Shown here one piece after another: positions 1 through 10,392 of a stretch of DNA of 50,074 nucleotides. The notes beneath the pieces are model-generated. The model was not told the DNA's origin. It saw only the letters and a list, made by a program, of their open reading frames with translations, and did not search any database. Location: positions 1 through 50,074 of the forward strand of contig JBIJDH010000040.1 in assembly GCA_044344255.1 (NCBI GenBank). Direction: 5' to 3'. Made by a program: the position numbers and the translations under genes. This DNA comes from Myxococcota bacterium (GTDB taxonomy: Bacteria > Myxococcota_A > UBA796 > UBA2385). The first letter of the stretch is position 1. Every line of letters begins with the position of its first letter.

Positions 1-110
1 CGTCAGGCCCCGGGAGGAGTGTGTCTGACCGGACCCGGTAAGCAACCGATAGACCCCGGAACCCTCCGGGCGACCCCCTGGACGCCGTCCTCGGTCGCCC
101 GATCGAGGCG

Positions 111-198
111 GGCACATTCTGGGCTAAGCTGGAACCTTATTTTTATCTAGTTCTGAGCTCAAACTTGTCCTCTCGCCAGGCACATTCTGGGTTAGGTT
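111..198. repeat. Imperfect 20-bp direct repeat flanking an AT-rich insert
   Basis: GGCACATTCTGGGCTAAGCT (111-130) vs GGCACATTCTGGGTTAGGTT (179-198), 17/20 identical, with AT-rich sequence between. Confidence 0.75.
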
Positions 199-1659
199 GC
201 GCAGCTCGAAGGAGAGCGCCACACGATCCGGCGGGCAGGCGGCGGCCGTAGCGCCGAGCAGGGAGGACAGGCCGCGGCCGGGTGGGGCCACGAGCACGAC
301 ATCCTGGTGCTCCAGGGCCCGCCAGAGCTGCGCCACCAGCTCCGCGCGACCCAGCACCTCGTCGGCGGGGGCCGCCCGGCCCAGTCGCAGCGGTTGGGCC
401 GCGGGAGAGGGTGCGAGGAAGGCCGGGTGAACAGGCAGGTGGAGCGAGAAGAAGCCATCCGGCCCCTCCTCGATGTCAAAGGAGGGCGGCGGATTTCCGT
501 TCTGCGCCATCGCCCGAAAGATCTTACCGATGCCCGAGCCCCGGGCCTCGGCGAGGCGGATGTCCTTCAAGAGCTCTGCGATGCGGCGGTTTCGAGCCCG
601 GCCCAGGCGGACCCGCCCCGGGGCGAGATCCTCCACGCGGAGGCCCGGCATCGGCCCCGGATAGCTGGTGATGGTGATGCGGTCGGCCCGGATGTCCACC
701 TTGATGGGGTCGGGATGGGCAGGCGCGTAGCTCCGGTGAATCACCGCGTTCACCAGGCCCTCCTCGATGGCCGCGAGTGGCCAGTCGTGGAGCAGCAGGG
801 CCTCCGCACGCTCCGGCTGCTTGAGGATCCTGTGTTGGAGGTTGTTCTTGAGGTGTTGGAGCACGGCTGAGACGAGTATCGGCAATGGCCCCTCGAAGAC
901 CGCCTCATCGATGCGATCTCCGCCCGTTCCATCGGGGAAACGCGCGACCTCGACCCTTGCACCCCGGAACCACCGGCTGGGTTGGAGGTTGAAGAAGAGC
1001 AGCGCGATGTTTCGGGGGACCGAGCCACCATTCGTCCCGAATCGGAGCTGGAGACGCTCCTGCTGGGTGTCGGGAGGCTCGGAGAGCAGGCCGCTGCCTG
1101 CCTTGTGGAGATGCTCGGCCACGAGAGCCGACTCGATGTCCTCGACCCGGGCCTCCCAGCAGGGCTGGTGGTCGAACGGGGTTCGTCCGGCGCTCTCGGT
1201 GAGCTGAACGAGCAGGTCGCCCTCTGCTTTTCGTGTCTCGGAGCCGATCCGCACGAAGGCGACTTTCCCTTTGTCATCGTTGGGAGCGCGGTAGGGCGGG
1301 ACCTCCCCGGCTGGGCATCTGACCACGAGGATCTGACCCCCTTCAACCTCATCGACCTCTATCAGCGGAGCATACTCCGGCTCGATACCCTTTATCTTCC
1401 CCGAAAGCCGCTTCTGGAGGGAGTCGAGCTCTGCGGGATCAAGGCCGCGAGGCGGGAGGAGGGCCCGTCCCTTGTCTTCCTCCACACCGAAGACGACGTA
1501 GCCCCCATGCAGATTGTGGAGGTCGTTCGCGAATGCGCAGATGGTCTTGATGGCCGAGTTGATACAGGCGTCACTGCCGGTCGCTTTGAGCTCCAGGCGG
1601 GCGGACTCCACCCGGCCGTCCAGGAGGGCATGGGGGTCGAGCTGCAGCCGAGATCGCAT
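124..1659 (-). CDS. AlbA_2 (Schlafen-like) + HATPase_c_4 (RecG C-terminal-like) protein, C-terminally truncated in a P-loop NTPase domain
   Basis: ESARLELKA...KTICAFAN...GGYVVFGVEE (AlbA_2); EGLVNAVIHRSY, RNRRIAELL, EARGSGI (HATPase_c_4); degenerate Walker A VVLVAPPGRGLSSLL near the end. The last ~25 codons lie in AT-rich DNA. Start set at ATG 1659. Confidence 0.8.
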   Translation of the reverse strand: MRSRLQLDPHALLDGRVESARLELKATGSDACINSAIKTICAFANDLHNLHGGYVVFGVEEDKGRALLPPRGLDPAELDSLQKRLSGKIKGIEPEYAPLIEVDEVEGGQILVVRCPAGEVPPYRAPNDDKGKVAFVRIGSETRKAEGDLLVQLTESAGRTPFDHQPCWEARVEDIESALVAEHLHKAGSGLLSEPPDTQQERLQLRFGTNGGSVPRNIALLFFNLQPSRWFRGARVEVARFPDGTGGDRIDEAVFEGPLPILVSAVLQHLKNNLQHRILKQPERAEALLLHDWPLAAIEEGLVNAVIHRSYAPAHPDPIKVDIRADRITITSYPGPMPGLRVEDLAPGRVRLGRARNRRIAELLKDIRLAEARGSGIGKIFRAMAQNGNPPPSFDIEEGPDGFFSLHLPVHPAFLAPSPAAQPLRLGRAAPADEVLGRAELVAQLWRALEHQDVVLVAPPGRGLSSLLGATAAACPPDRVALSFELRNLTQNVPGERTSLSSELDKNKVPA

Positions 1660-1699
1660 GGTTGGGAGGGTAGCGCGGCCCGGATTCCTCGGCACGCAG

Positions 1700-1735
1700 G
1701 GGGGCTGGGGAGCGACCGGGGGCTGGGGAGCGACC
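1700..1735 (+). repeat. 18-bp tandem duplication
   Basis: GGGGGCTGGGGAGCGACC x2 (1700-1717, 1718-1735). Confidence 0.85.
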
Positions 1736-1777
1736 GGGAGCTGGCCTCACGACCTGGCGGGAGACAGGAAGACCTCC

Positions 1778-1943
1778 AATCCGCTTGGCCACATCGAGGA
1801 GGTTCACCACCCCGAGCTCACCCTCGAATACTACGGGCTCGGGGAGGCCGATCTGGACGTCCCCTTCTACGGGACCCGGCACGAAGCGCTGCTCCGTCGA
1901 GGGCGTCGAGACCCTCATCCCCCTGCTCGACATCCTCCTCCAT
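1778..1943 (+). pseudogene. sucA: Remnant of 2-oxoglutarate dehydrogenase E1 (two fragments joined out of frame)
   Basis: NPLGHIEEVHHPELTLEYYGLGEADLDVPF in one frame, then PGTKRCSVEGVETLIPLLDILL in another. Both resemble conserved SucA segments (DPLG..PEL...YGL.EADLD; G.KRFSLEG.E.LIP.L) that normally lie far apart. No start and no continuation. Confidence 0.75.
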
Positions 1944-2002
1944 GTCGCGATCACTCAGGCGGCCCACCGCGCTACGGTGCGGGCGCACCCTGGAGCCCCG
2001 CC

Positions 2003-2281
2003 ATGAACCTCGTCTGGAAGCTGCTCGAGACCTCGCTCGGCGAGGAGAGCCCTCTCCGCATTCGCCTGTCCGAGCGGGGCGTGCGCGCCCTCGTGGTCAG
2101 CGTGCGCGACCCCGATCAGCCCGCCCGCTGGCGGGCCGCCGAGCACGGCGAGCAGCGCTCCGCCGGGGCCGGCTTCCACGCCGAGTATGAAGAGGGGGCC
2201 GACGACGACGAGATCACCGTCTGGTTCGACGGCCGCCTGCGCGAAGAGCCCGTCCGGATCGCCTGGGCTGTCCTCGGCTGA
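2003..2281 (+). CDS. Hypothetical protein (92 aa)
   Basis: ATG preceded by GGAG; GC3-biased codons; MNLVWKLLETSLGEESPLRIRLSERGVRALVVSVRD... Confidence 0.6.
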   Translation: MNLVWKLLETSLGEESPLRIRLSERGVRALVVSVRDPDQPARWRAAEHGEQRSAGAGFHAEYEEGADDDEITVWFDGRLREEPVRIAWAVLG

Positions 2282-2295
2282 GCGGGGGGCGCGGC

Positions 2296-3039
2296 TCAGC
2301 CGCAGGGGCGGAGGCCGAGGCCGGCGAGGGCGGCCGAGAGGCCGGCGTGGTCGAGCGACGGCAGGGCCCGTCGGGTCTCGGTGTACGAGCACCAGGCCGC
2401 CCGCCCCTCGGCGTCGAGCGAGGCGAAGCGCGCGCTCGGGCCACAGCCCATGAGGCAGGTCATGGACTGGAAGCGCGCCCCGCCGGCGACCGCGGCCAGC
2501 TCGGCGGGGCTCGGCGTGTCGCCACCGCGCATCGGGAGGTAGACCACCCGCTCCGGGCCGATGCCCGCCGCCGACAGGGCCCGCGCCGCCGCGGTCGCCG
2601 CCGGCAGGCCGCTCCGCCGAACGAGCAGGTTCACGCCGCTCCGCACCCCGGCCGCGTCGAGGGCGACCACCTGCTCGATGACGCGGCGAACCTCAGCCTC
2701 TCGGTCGGGGGCGTGCAGCGAGACGTGCACCTTGTCGGGACGCGCCGAGAGCAGCGGCCCCCAGGCGGAGGCGAGCCGGAGGCCGCTCGTGGTGATCGAG
2801 CGGAAGAGGAGGCCGTCGAGCGCGGTGAGGAGGTCGAAGAGCCCCTCGACCTCGAGCGGCTCGCCTCCGCCAAAGGAGACCGCGCGGAGGCCCCGCTCGG
2901 CGCAGTCCGTGACGAGGCGCACCACCGCATCGATCGCCCAGCCGCCCGTCGCCGTGGGGCCGCTGTGGCTGTAACAGAAGGGGCAGGCCTTCTCGCAGCG
3001 GCGGCTGAGCTCGATGGAGAGGCGCTCGATCTCGGCCAC
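2296..3039 (-). CDS. Radical SAM protein
   Basis: CEKACPFC (CxxxCxxC), SFGGGEPL, C-terminal Cys cluster TCLMGC...WCS. Confidence 0.9.
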   Translation of the reverse strand: MAEIERLSIELSRRCEKACPFCYSHSGPTATGGWAIDAVVRLVTDCAERGLRAVSFGGGEPLEVEGLFDLLTALDGLLFRSITTSGLRLASAWGPLLSARPDKVHVSLHAPDREAEVRRVIEQVVALDAAGVRSGVNLLVRRSGLPAATAAARALSAAGIGPERVVYLPMRGGDTPSPAELAAVAGGARFQSMTCLMGCGPSARFASLDAEGRAAWCSYTETRRALPSLDHAGLSAALAGLGLRPCG

Positions 3040-3041
3040 GA

Positions 3042-3857
3042 TCAGCCCCCGAAGAGGCGACGGAGCCAGCCGAGCACGCCCTGCCCGGCCCCGGCCTCCG
3101 CACCCTCGGCGCGGGCCCCCTCGGGGAGCGGCGCCTCCGCCCGCGCGAAGAGCGCCTCCAGGAGCTGCAGCGCGGCGGCATCCTCGAGCGCCACGGCCTG
3201 ATCGACGAGGGACGGGGTCTCGAGCTCCAGCAGATCGCCCAGCGCGGACGGGTCAGCGGCGCGGCCGTCGAAGCGCCGAAGGCCGCCCTGGAGATCGACC
3301 CAATGCGGATCCCAGGCCACCGCCGGCACATGTTCGGCCACCGCCACGCGGGGGGAGCGGTCGAAGCGCAGGGGGAGCCCGGCCGACTCCAAGCGCCGCC
3401 GGAGGTCGAGCGGCAACGAGGCCTGGCGCAGCGGAGCGACGACCACCGCCCCGCGCTCATAGGGCTGGGCGATCGCGTCGCTGCAGCCGTAGTAGTAGAG
3501 GCCGAGCCAGGCGACGAGGCCGACCTTCTCGACCTCCTCGCACTCCCAGAGCTGCTCGTCGAGCCGCTCCTCCCAGCCCTCCGTGCGCATCAGGAGGGCG
3601 TGGAGCGCCGGCAGCGAGGCCGACCGCCAGCGCAGCAACGCGACCAGCACATCGCCCGCGCTGAGCCCGTCGGCCCCGCCCGCCTCCCCACCCTTTGGGA
3701 AGCGGTCCTCCGTCGGCAGGGCGCCCCCCTCGCCGGTGTCGAACAGCGCGACTTGACCCTCGCTGTCCACCGCGAACCAGGTGGAGTCCATCGAGTGCGC
3801 AGCGGGGAAGTCAACAGCGGGCGCGGCGCGGGTAGGCTCGTGGAGCGGGGTCGACAT
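3042..3857 (-). CDS. Hypothetical protein
   Basis: GGAGG RBS; conserved-looking N-terminus DFPAAHSMDSTWFAVDSEGQVALFDTGEGG; 2-bp gap to the radical SAM gene. Confidence 0.75.
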   Translation of the reverse strand: MSTPLHEPTRAAPAVDFPAAHSMDSTWFAVDSEGQVALFDTGEGGALPTEDRFPKGGEAGGADGLSAGDVLVALLRWRSASLPALHALLMRTEGWEERLDEQLWECEEVEKVGLVAWLGLYYYGCSDAIAQPYERGAVVVAPLRQASLPLDLRRRLESAGLPLRFDRSPRVAVAEHVPAVAWDPHWVDLQGGLRRFDGRAADPSALGDLLELETPSLVDQAVALEDAAALQLLEALFARAEAPLPEGARAEGAEAGAGQGVLGWLRRLFGG

Positions 3858-3910
3858 CAGGACCTCCAGGCTCCACTTCTACCCGACCACGCCGCCGGCC
3901 GCCGCCGCGA

Positions 3911-5331
<1,421 letters not shown>

Positions 5332-5332
<1 letters not shown>

Positions 5333-6975
5333 CAGGTCCTCCGGAAGTCGTAGACAGGTCGCTCGGGCTGGCCGTAGAGGGTGAGCGCGCCGCGCTCTCC
5401 TACGGCGTTCGGTCGCTGGAAGATCCAGTTCTGCCAGGCCGAGAGGCGGCCATAGATCTTGTTGTCGGCAGACTCCACCCCGCCGAAGCGGAGGTTCTGC
5501 TCCATGCCGGTGAGCGCGTCGGGGGAGAGGCTGGCCCGCTCCTCGATCGCGATGCGCAGCTCATCGTCCCAGTCGATCTCGTCCGGGACGGCGGTGAGCA
5601 GCCCGAGCTCGAAGGCCTCCTCGCCGCCCACCGCGGCCGCCGAGGCCGCCGCGAGGGCCGCCGCGGGAGCCGCGGGCTCACCGGGGAAGCGCTGGGTGAG
5701 GCGAGAGACGCCGTTCGCCATCGTGAACAGACCCGCGTTGGCCGCGGAGAGCTGCACGGTGTTCACGCCGTCATCATCGACCAACATGTAGGAGCGGTCG
5801 GCGGCGAGGGCGATCTCGAAGAGCACCCCGACGAAGCAGCTCCCCGGCTTGACCACCGCGAAGAGGCTCTTCGAGGTGTTGTCGATCTTGCGGAGCGTGC
5901 GCCCGACGAAGAGCTGCACCTCCCGCATGAACCAGTCGCCCTTCGCCGCCTCGATGAGGTGGGCCTCGTGGGCGAGGACGGCGGCCGGATCACCCACCGT
6001 CTCGAAGAGGATCAGGCCGACGTCGAGGTGGTTGACGCGGATGTGGAGGAGGGCGTCCTCGAGCTCCCGGAAGGCCTGGAAGATCCAGGTGGTGGCCGAG
6101 CGCTCGGGGGCCGCGGTGGGGCCGGCGATGACAACGGTGGCGACGCGCTCCTCGACGGAGACGGTGACGTGGCGGTAGGCCCAGCCGCCCTTCGTGACGG
6201 TGCGGGTGATGGTGGGGAGCTTCACGCCCTCGCCCTTCCGCTCGGGGTGGGCCGCGGCCATCTCGGCGGCGCGCTGGGCGGCCCGCTTGGCCACGCCCTC
6301 GGCCCACTTCGAGCGGGGGAAGGTTTCATCGACCAGCTTGTACTTCTTGGCGTCGCGGGCGCGGAAGCCCTCGGCCTTGGTGCAGAAGAGATCGGCCACG
6401 TCGCGGCGGATCTTCCGCTTGTCGGTGAGGCGGGTGAGGCCACCGGTGCCCGGGAGCACGCCGAGCAGCGGCACCTCGGGGAGCGAGACGGCGGCGTTGC
6501 CATCGTCGATCAGCAAGATCTCCTTCGTGGCCAGCGCCAGCTCGTAACCACCGCCCGAGGCCGTGCCGTTCAGGGCAGAGATGTAGTGCTGGCCTGAGCT
6601 CTCGGTGGCGTCCTCCATCTGGATCCGCGTCTCGTTGGTGTACTTGCAGAAGTTCACCTTGAAGGCGTGGGGGGCCATGCCGAGCATGCGGATGTTGGCG
6701 CCCGCGCAGAAGACCTTGTCGTAGGCCCCGGTGACCACCACCACGCGTACCTCGGGGTGCTCGAAGCGGGTGCGCTGGATGGCGTCATTGAGCTCGATGT
6801 CCACGCCGAGGTCATACGAGTTGAGCTTGAGCTCGTAGCGCCCCTCCCACATCGGGCGGTCTTCCTTGATGTGCATGACCAGCGTGGCCACGGGCCCGTC
6901 GGTCGAGAAGTCCCAGTGCACATAACGATCGGGCGAGGTCTGGAACTCGACCGGGGGGTAGGCGAACTCGGCCAT
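5332..6975 (-). CDS. boxC: 2,3-epoxybenzoyl-CoA dihydrolase (tandem crotonase fold)
   Basis: KLNSYDLGVDIEL.DA.QR.RFEHPEV, FCAGANI, LPEVPLLGVLPGTGG, SPDALTGME.NLRF.G, WQNWIFQRPNA. Start ATG 6975; TGATG overlap with boxB. Confidence 0.95.
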
Positions 6976-7002
6976 GGCACGATCCTGATTCGAGATGAGG
7001 CA

Positions 7003-7060
7003 GGCAGTATACTGCGCTGGATCAGCGATGCAAGCCTTTCGGCCATGCAGTATATTGCAT
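7003..7060 (-). promoter_or_regulatory. boxCB sigma70-type promoter with BoxR/BzdR-type operators
   Basis: Minus strand TTGCAT(7033-7028)-16nt-TATACT(7011-7006). ATGCA-GTATAT-TGCAT at 7045-7060 (TGCA-N6-TGCA), and palindrome GCAGTATACTGC at 7004-7015 covering the -10. Confidence 0.7.
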
Positions 7061-7128
7061 ATGTGACGGCCCGCGGTGGGCGCCTGCGCGGGACACCCGC
7101 CTGCGCCCGCCTCCGGTAGGATGCCGGC

Positions 7129-8859
7129 ATGCTGCACTTGGCCCCCGTCGCCCTCCTGCTCGTCCTGTCCTGCGCCGCGCCCCCCTCCCCTCCCCGGGGC
7201 AAGGGCGGCGGCGCGGCCGGGGACTCCGCCGCGGACAGCGCCCCGCCCGCCGACGACTCCATCCCCCCCACCGACGACAGCCCCGGGCCGGGAGACAGCG
7301 GCGGGCCCCCCGACAGCGGGAGCGATGACACCGACACCCCCGCCCCGGTCCTCTGGCGCTCCGCGCTGTACCCCCTCGACTGGACCCCGGACTTCACCAC
7401 GGAGGACGGCCTCTTCCTGCACGACTTCTCGTACGCGGGCTACCACGCCGGTGAGGTCGACCTCCCGTCGCCGCCGGGCCCGCGCTTCGACGCCACCCTC
7501 TCCGGCGCGGACCCCACCGGAGCCACCGACAGCACCGCCGGCATCCAGGCGGCGATCACCGCGGCCAGCGCTGCGGCTCCGGCGGTGGTCTATCTGCCCG
7601 CCGGGACCTATCGGGTCGACGGCCTGCTCAGCGTGACCACCTCCGGGGTGGTGCTCCAAGGGGACGGATCGGGCTCCACCTTCGTCTATTTCACCCAGAC
7701 GGAGGGGATGGACTATCGCGCCCACCTCACCTTCTCAGGCTCGGTGAGCGTCGGGGAGGACCACTTGCTCCTCGCCGACGCGTCGAGCCGCGACACCATC
7801 GTCACCCTCTCCGACACCGCCGGCTTCGCGGTCGGCGACACGGTGCACGTGGGCTGGGTGATCACCGACGACTTCATCGCCGCCCACGGCATGACCGGGG
7901 TGTGGACCTCCTTCAACGGGCAGTGGCGCACCTTCTTCCGCCGCACCGTCACCGCGATAGACGGCGGCTCGCTCCAGCTCGACGTGCCGCTGCGCTACGA
8001 GGCCCTGCTCCGAGACAGCGCCAGCGTGCGCAAGGCCAGCGGCTACCTCACGGAGTGCGGCATCGTCGGTCTGTCCCTGTCCAACGTCAATGACTGGGAC
8101 GTGGCCTGGTCGCACACCCAGGTGCACGTCGCCCTCCTCTCGGGCGTGCAGGACTGCTACGTCTCCGACCTGCGGAGCTGGGAGTCCCCCCTCTCGACCG
8201 ACGGCCTCGGCAAGCACCTGATGAGCAGCGGCCTCGAGGTGCTCGACAGCCGTCGGGTGACGATCACCGGCACCACCCTCGAGGCCTCCCAGCACCGCGG
8301 CGACGGGGGTAACGGCTACCTCTTCGAGATCTCCCGCTCGAACGAGATCCTCACGGTAGACTCCGCGGCCCGAGCCGGCCGCCACAACTTCATCCAGAAC
8401 TGGGACTTCGGCACCAGCGGCTGTGTTTGGCTGCGCACCAGCAGCGATGAGGGGCGCGCCTTGCTAGGCGACTGGGACACCTACGGCCTCCTCGGATATT
8501 CGGAGTACCACCACAGCCTCGCGATGGCCAACCTCGTCGATCAGAGCAGCGCCTCCGACGGCTGGCAGGGCGTGAACCGACAGACCGAGAGCTCCGGCGC
8601 CGGCCACAGCGCGACCCAGTCGGTCTGGTGGAACCTGTCGGGGGGCGGCTACCTCCGCTCCCTTCAGTTCGGCCAGGGCTACGTCATCGGCACCACCGAC
8701 CTCGACGTCCACACCGACCCCACCGAGTGGGACTGGAACAACGCCGGCGAGGGTACGGAGCCCGAGGACTGGAGCGAGGGCCTGGAACAGGGCGCCACCC
8801 TCGACCCTCCCTCCTTGTACGCCGACCAGCTCCTGCGCCGCACCGGCCGCGCCGGCTGA
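7129..8859 (+). CDS. Secreted/lipoprotein with pectate lyase 3 / GH55-like right-handed beta-helix
   Basis: Signal LLLVLSC; Asp/Ser/Pro linker; LHDFSYAGYHAGE, GADPTGATDSTAGIQAAI, VVYLPAGTYRV, GVVLQGDG. Confidence 0.75.
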   Translation: MLHLAPVALLLVLSCAAPPSPPRGKGGGAAGDSAADSAPPADDSIPPTDDSPGPGDSGGPPDSGSDDTDTPAPVLWRSALYPLDWTPDFTTEDGLFLHDFSYAGYHAGEVDLPSPPGPRFDATLSGADPTGATDSTAGIQAAITAASAAAPAVVYLPAGTYRVDGLLSVTTSGVVLQGDGSGSTFVYFTQTEGMDYRAHLTFSGSVSVGEDHLLLADASSRDTIVTLSDTAGFAVGDTVHVGWVITDDFIAAHGMTGVWTSFNGQWRTFFRRTVTAIDGGSLQLDVPLRYEALLRDSASVRKASGYLTECGIVGLSLSNVNDWDVAWSHTQVHVALLSGVQDCYVSDLRSWESPLSTDGLGKHLMSSGLEVLDSRRVTITGTTLEASQHRGDGGNGYLFEISRSNEILTVDSAARAGRHNFIQNWDFGTSGCVWLRTSSDEGRALLGDWDTYGLLGYSEYHHSLAMANLVDQSSASDGWQGVNRQTESSGAGHSATQSVWWNLSGGGYLRSLQFGQGYVIGTTDLDVHTDPTEWDWNNAGEGTEPEDWSEGLEQGATLDPPSLYADQLLRRTGRAG

Positions 8860-8883
8860 GCAAGGCCCCCTAAGCGGCCGAGC

Positions 8884-10293
8884 TCAGGGCCGCCCGAGGG
8901 CCCGCCCCATCGCGCGGATGTCCGCCACCTTCCGCTCAAAGGCGCTCCAGTCGTCCCGCTCGGCGATCGGGGCCCAGAGCTCCTCCACCTCTCGCCAGGC
9001 GAGGAGGACAGGGCCGGGGCCGTCGAACCAGGGATCGGTGAGGAAGTCGGGCCGCAGCGGCTCACAAGCGTCGAGGAGCGACCAGACCGGGGCGAAGTCG
9101 GCCGACTCGTAGTGGGCCTGATAGGGCCCGGACAGGGCGCGGGCGGTGCTCAGCCCGCCGCCGTACCAGTCAAAGAAGAAGCGGCCATAGGGGACCGGGT
9201 GGCGGGAGAGGAAGTCGAGCGAGCGCTCGAGCAGAGCGCGCCCGACGCCCTCGTGACCGGGGATCACCCCGAGCCGCTCGAAGAAGCGCCGGTGGGCGGC
9301 CGCCTCGAAGCGAGGCGAGAAGCCAGCCAGGGCCGCCGCGATGGCGCTCGAGCTCCCGATCGGGGCGAGGCACTCCGACAGGCGGGCGAGCGCCCACTCC
9401 GTGCTGTCCGCCTGTCGGCCATAGGCGTAGAGGCCGTCGCCATCGAAGTAGGCGGCCGTGAACTCGGGGTCGAAGGTCTCGAGGAAGCGCCAGGGGCCGT
9501 AGTCGAAGCTCTCGCCGGTGATGTTGATGTTGTCGGTGTTGAGCACGCCGTGAACGAAGCCCGCGGCCATCCAGGCGGCGGTGGTCTCGGCCACGCGGGC
9601 GACCACGGCGCCGAGCAGCGCGCTCGGGAGGTCGGTCGCTCCCTGCGCCTCGGGGATCAGGTGCTCGACGCAGTGCTCAGCGAGGCGGCGCAGGCCGGCC
9701 TTGTCCTGCCCATACGAGAGGCGCTGAAAGGTGCCGACGCGCACGTGGCTGTGCTGGAGGCGGACGAGCACGCTCGACCGCGTGGGGCTCGGCTCGTCAT
9801 TTCGATATAGGGGCTCCCCCGTCTCGAAGAGGGAGAAGGTCTTCGAGGTGTTGACCCCCAAGGCCTCGAGCAGCTCGGTGGCCAGCACCTCGCGCACGCC
9901 GCCCTTGAGCGTGAGCCGCCCATCGCCGCCCCGCGACCAGGGGGTAATCCCGCTGCCCTTGGTGCCGAGATCGAGCAGCCGGCCGTCGGGGCCGCGGAGC
10001 TGGGCGAAGAGAAAGCCCCGCCCGTCGCCGAGCCTCGGGTTGTAGTGGCGGAACTGATGGCCGTGGTAGCGGAGGGCGAGCGGCCGAGGGAGGTTGTCGG
10101 GCAGCGGCTGGAAGGCGCAGAAGTGGGCGCTCCACTGCTCGTCGTTGAGGTCGCCCAGGCCCACGGACTCGGCGTGCCGCTGGTTGCGGAAGCGGAGGAT
10201 GGCCGCGGGGAAGCGCGCGGGCGACACCTCATCGTAGAGGTCGGGGCCGAGGCGGCTGTGGACGGGGGCGGGCTGGTAGGCGGAGGGCGGCAT
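8884..10293 (-). CDS. selO: Protein adenylyltransferase SelO/YdiU family
   Basis: YHGHQF...RLGDGRG, KGSG.TPWSRGGDGR, GFVHGVLNTDN, FDYGPW. Start ATG 10293. Confidence 0.93.
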   Translation of the reverse strand: MPPSAYQPAPVHSRLGPDLYDEVSPARFPAAILRFRNQRHAESVGLGDLNDEQWSAHFCAFQPLPDNLPRPLALRYHGHQFRHYNPRLGDGRGFLFAQLRGPDGRLLDLGTKGSGITPWSRGGDGRLTLKGGVREVLATELLEALGVNTSKTFSLFETGEPLYRNDEPSPTRSSVLVRLQHSHVRVGTFQRLSYGQDKAGLRRLAEHCVEHLIPEAQGATDLPSALLGAVVARVAETTAAWMAAGFVHGVLNTDNINITGESFDYGPWRFLETFDPEFTAAYFDGDGLYAYGRQADSTEWALARLSECLAPIGSSSAIAAALAGFSPRFEAAAHRRFFERLGVIPGHEGVGRALLERSLDFLSRHPVPYGRFFFDWYGGGLSTARALSGPYQAHYESADFAPVWSLLDACEPLRPDFLTDPWFDGPGPVLLAWREVEELWAPIAERDDWSAFERKVADIRAMGRALGRP

Positions 10294-10392
10294 GGCGAGC
10301 CCTCTACCCCGCTCGCCGAACGGCCCCACCCCCCTCCGCTTGGCGGCGGGCAGAGCGCGGAGCTACGCAGCCTGACCACCGAAGGAGCCGAC

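Noticed and set aside
1514..2281. 255-aa ORF as a single gene
   Set aside because: A chance open frame joining antisense sequence, a tandem repeat, the sucA fragment and the real gene from 2003.
6976..7725. 250-aa N-terminal extension of boxC in the ORF track
   Set aside because: It overlaps the promoter/operators and the divergent gene; BoxC similarity begins at Met 6975.
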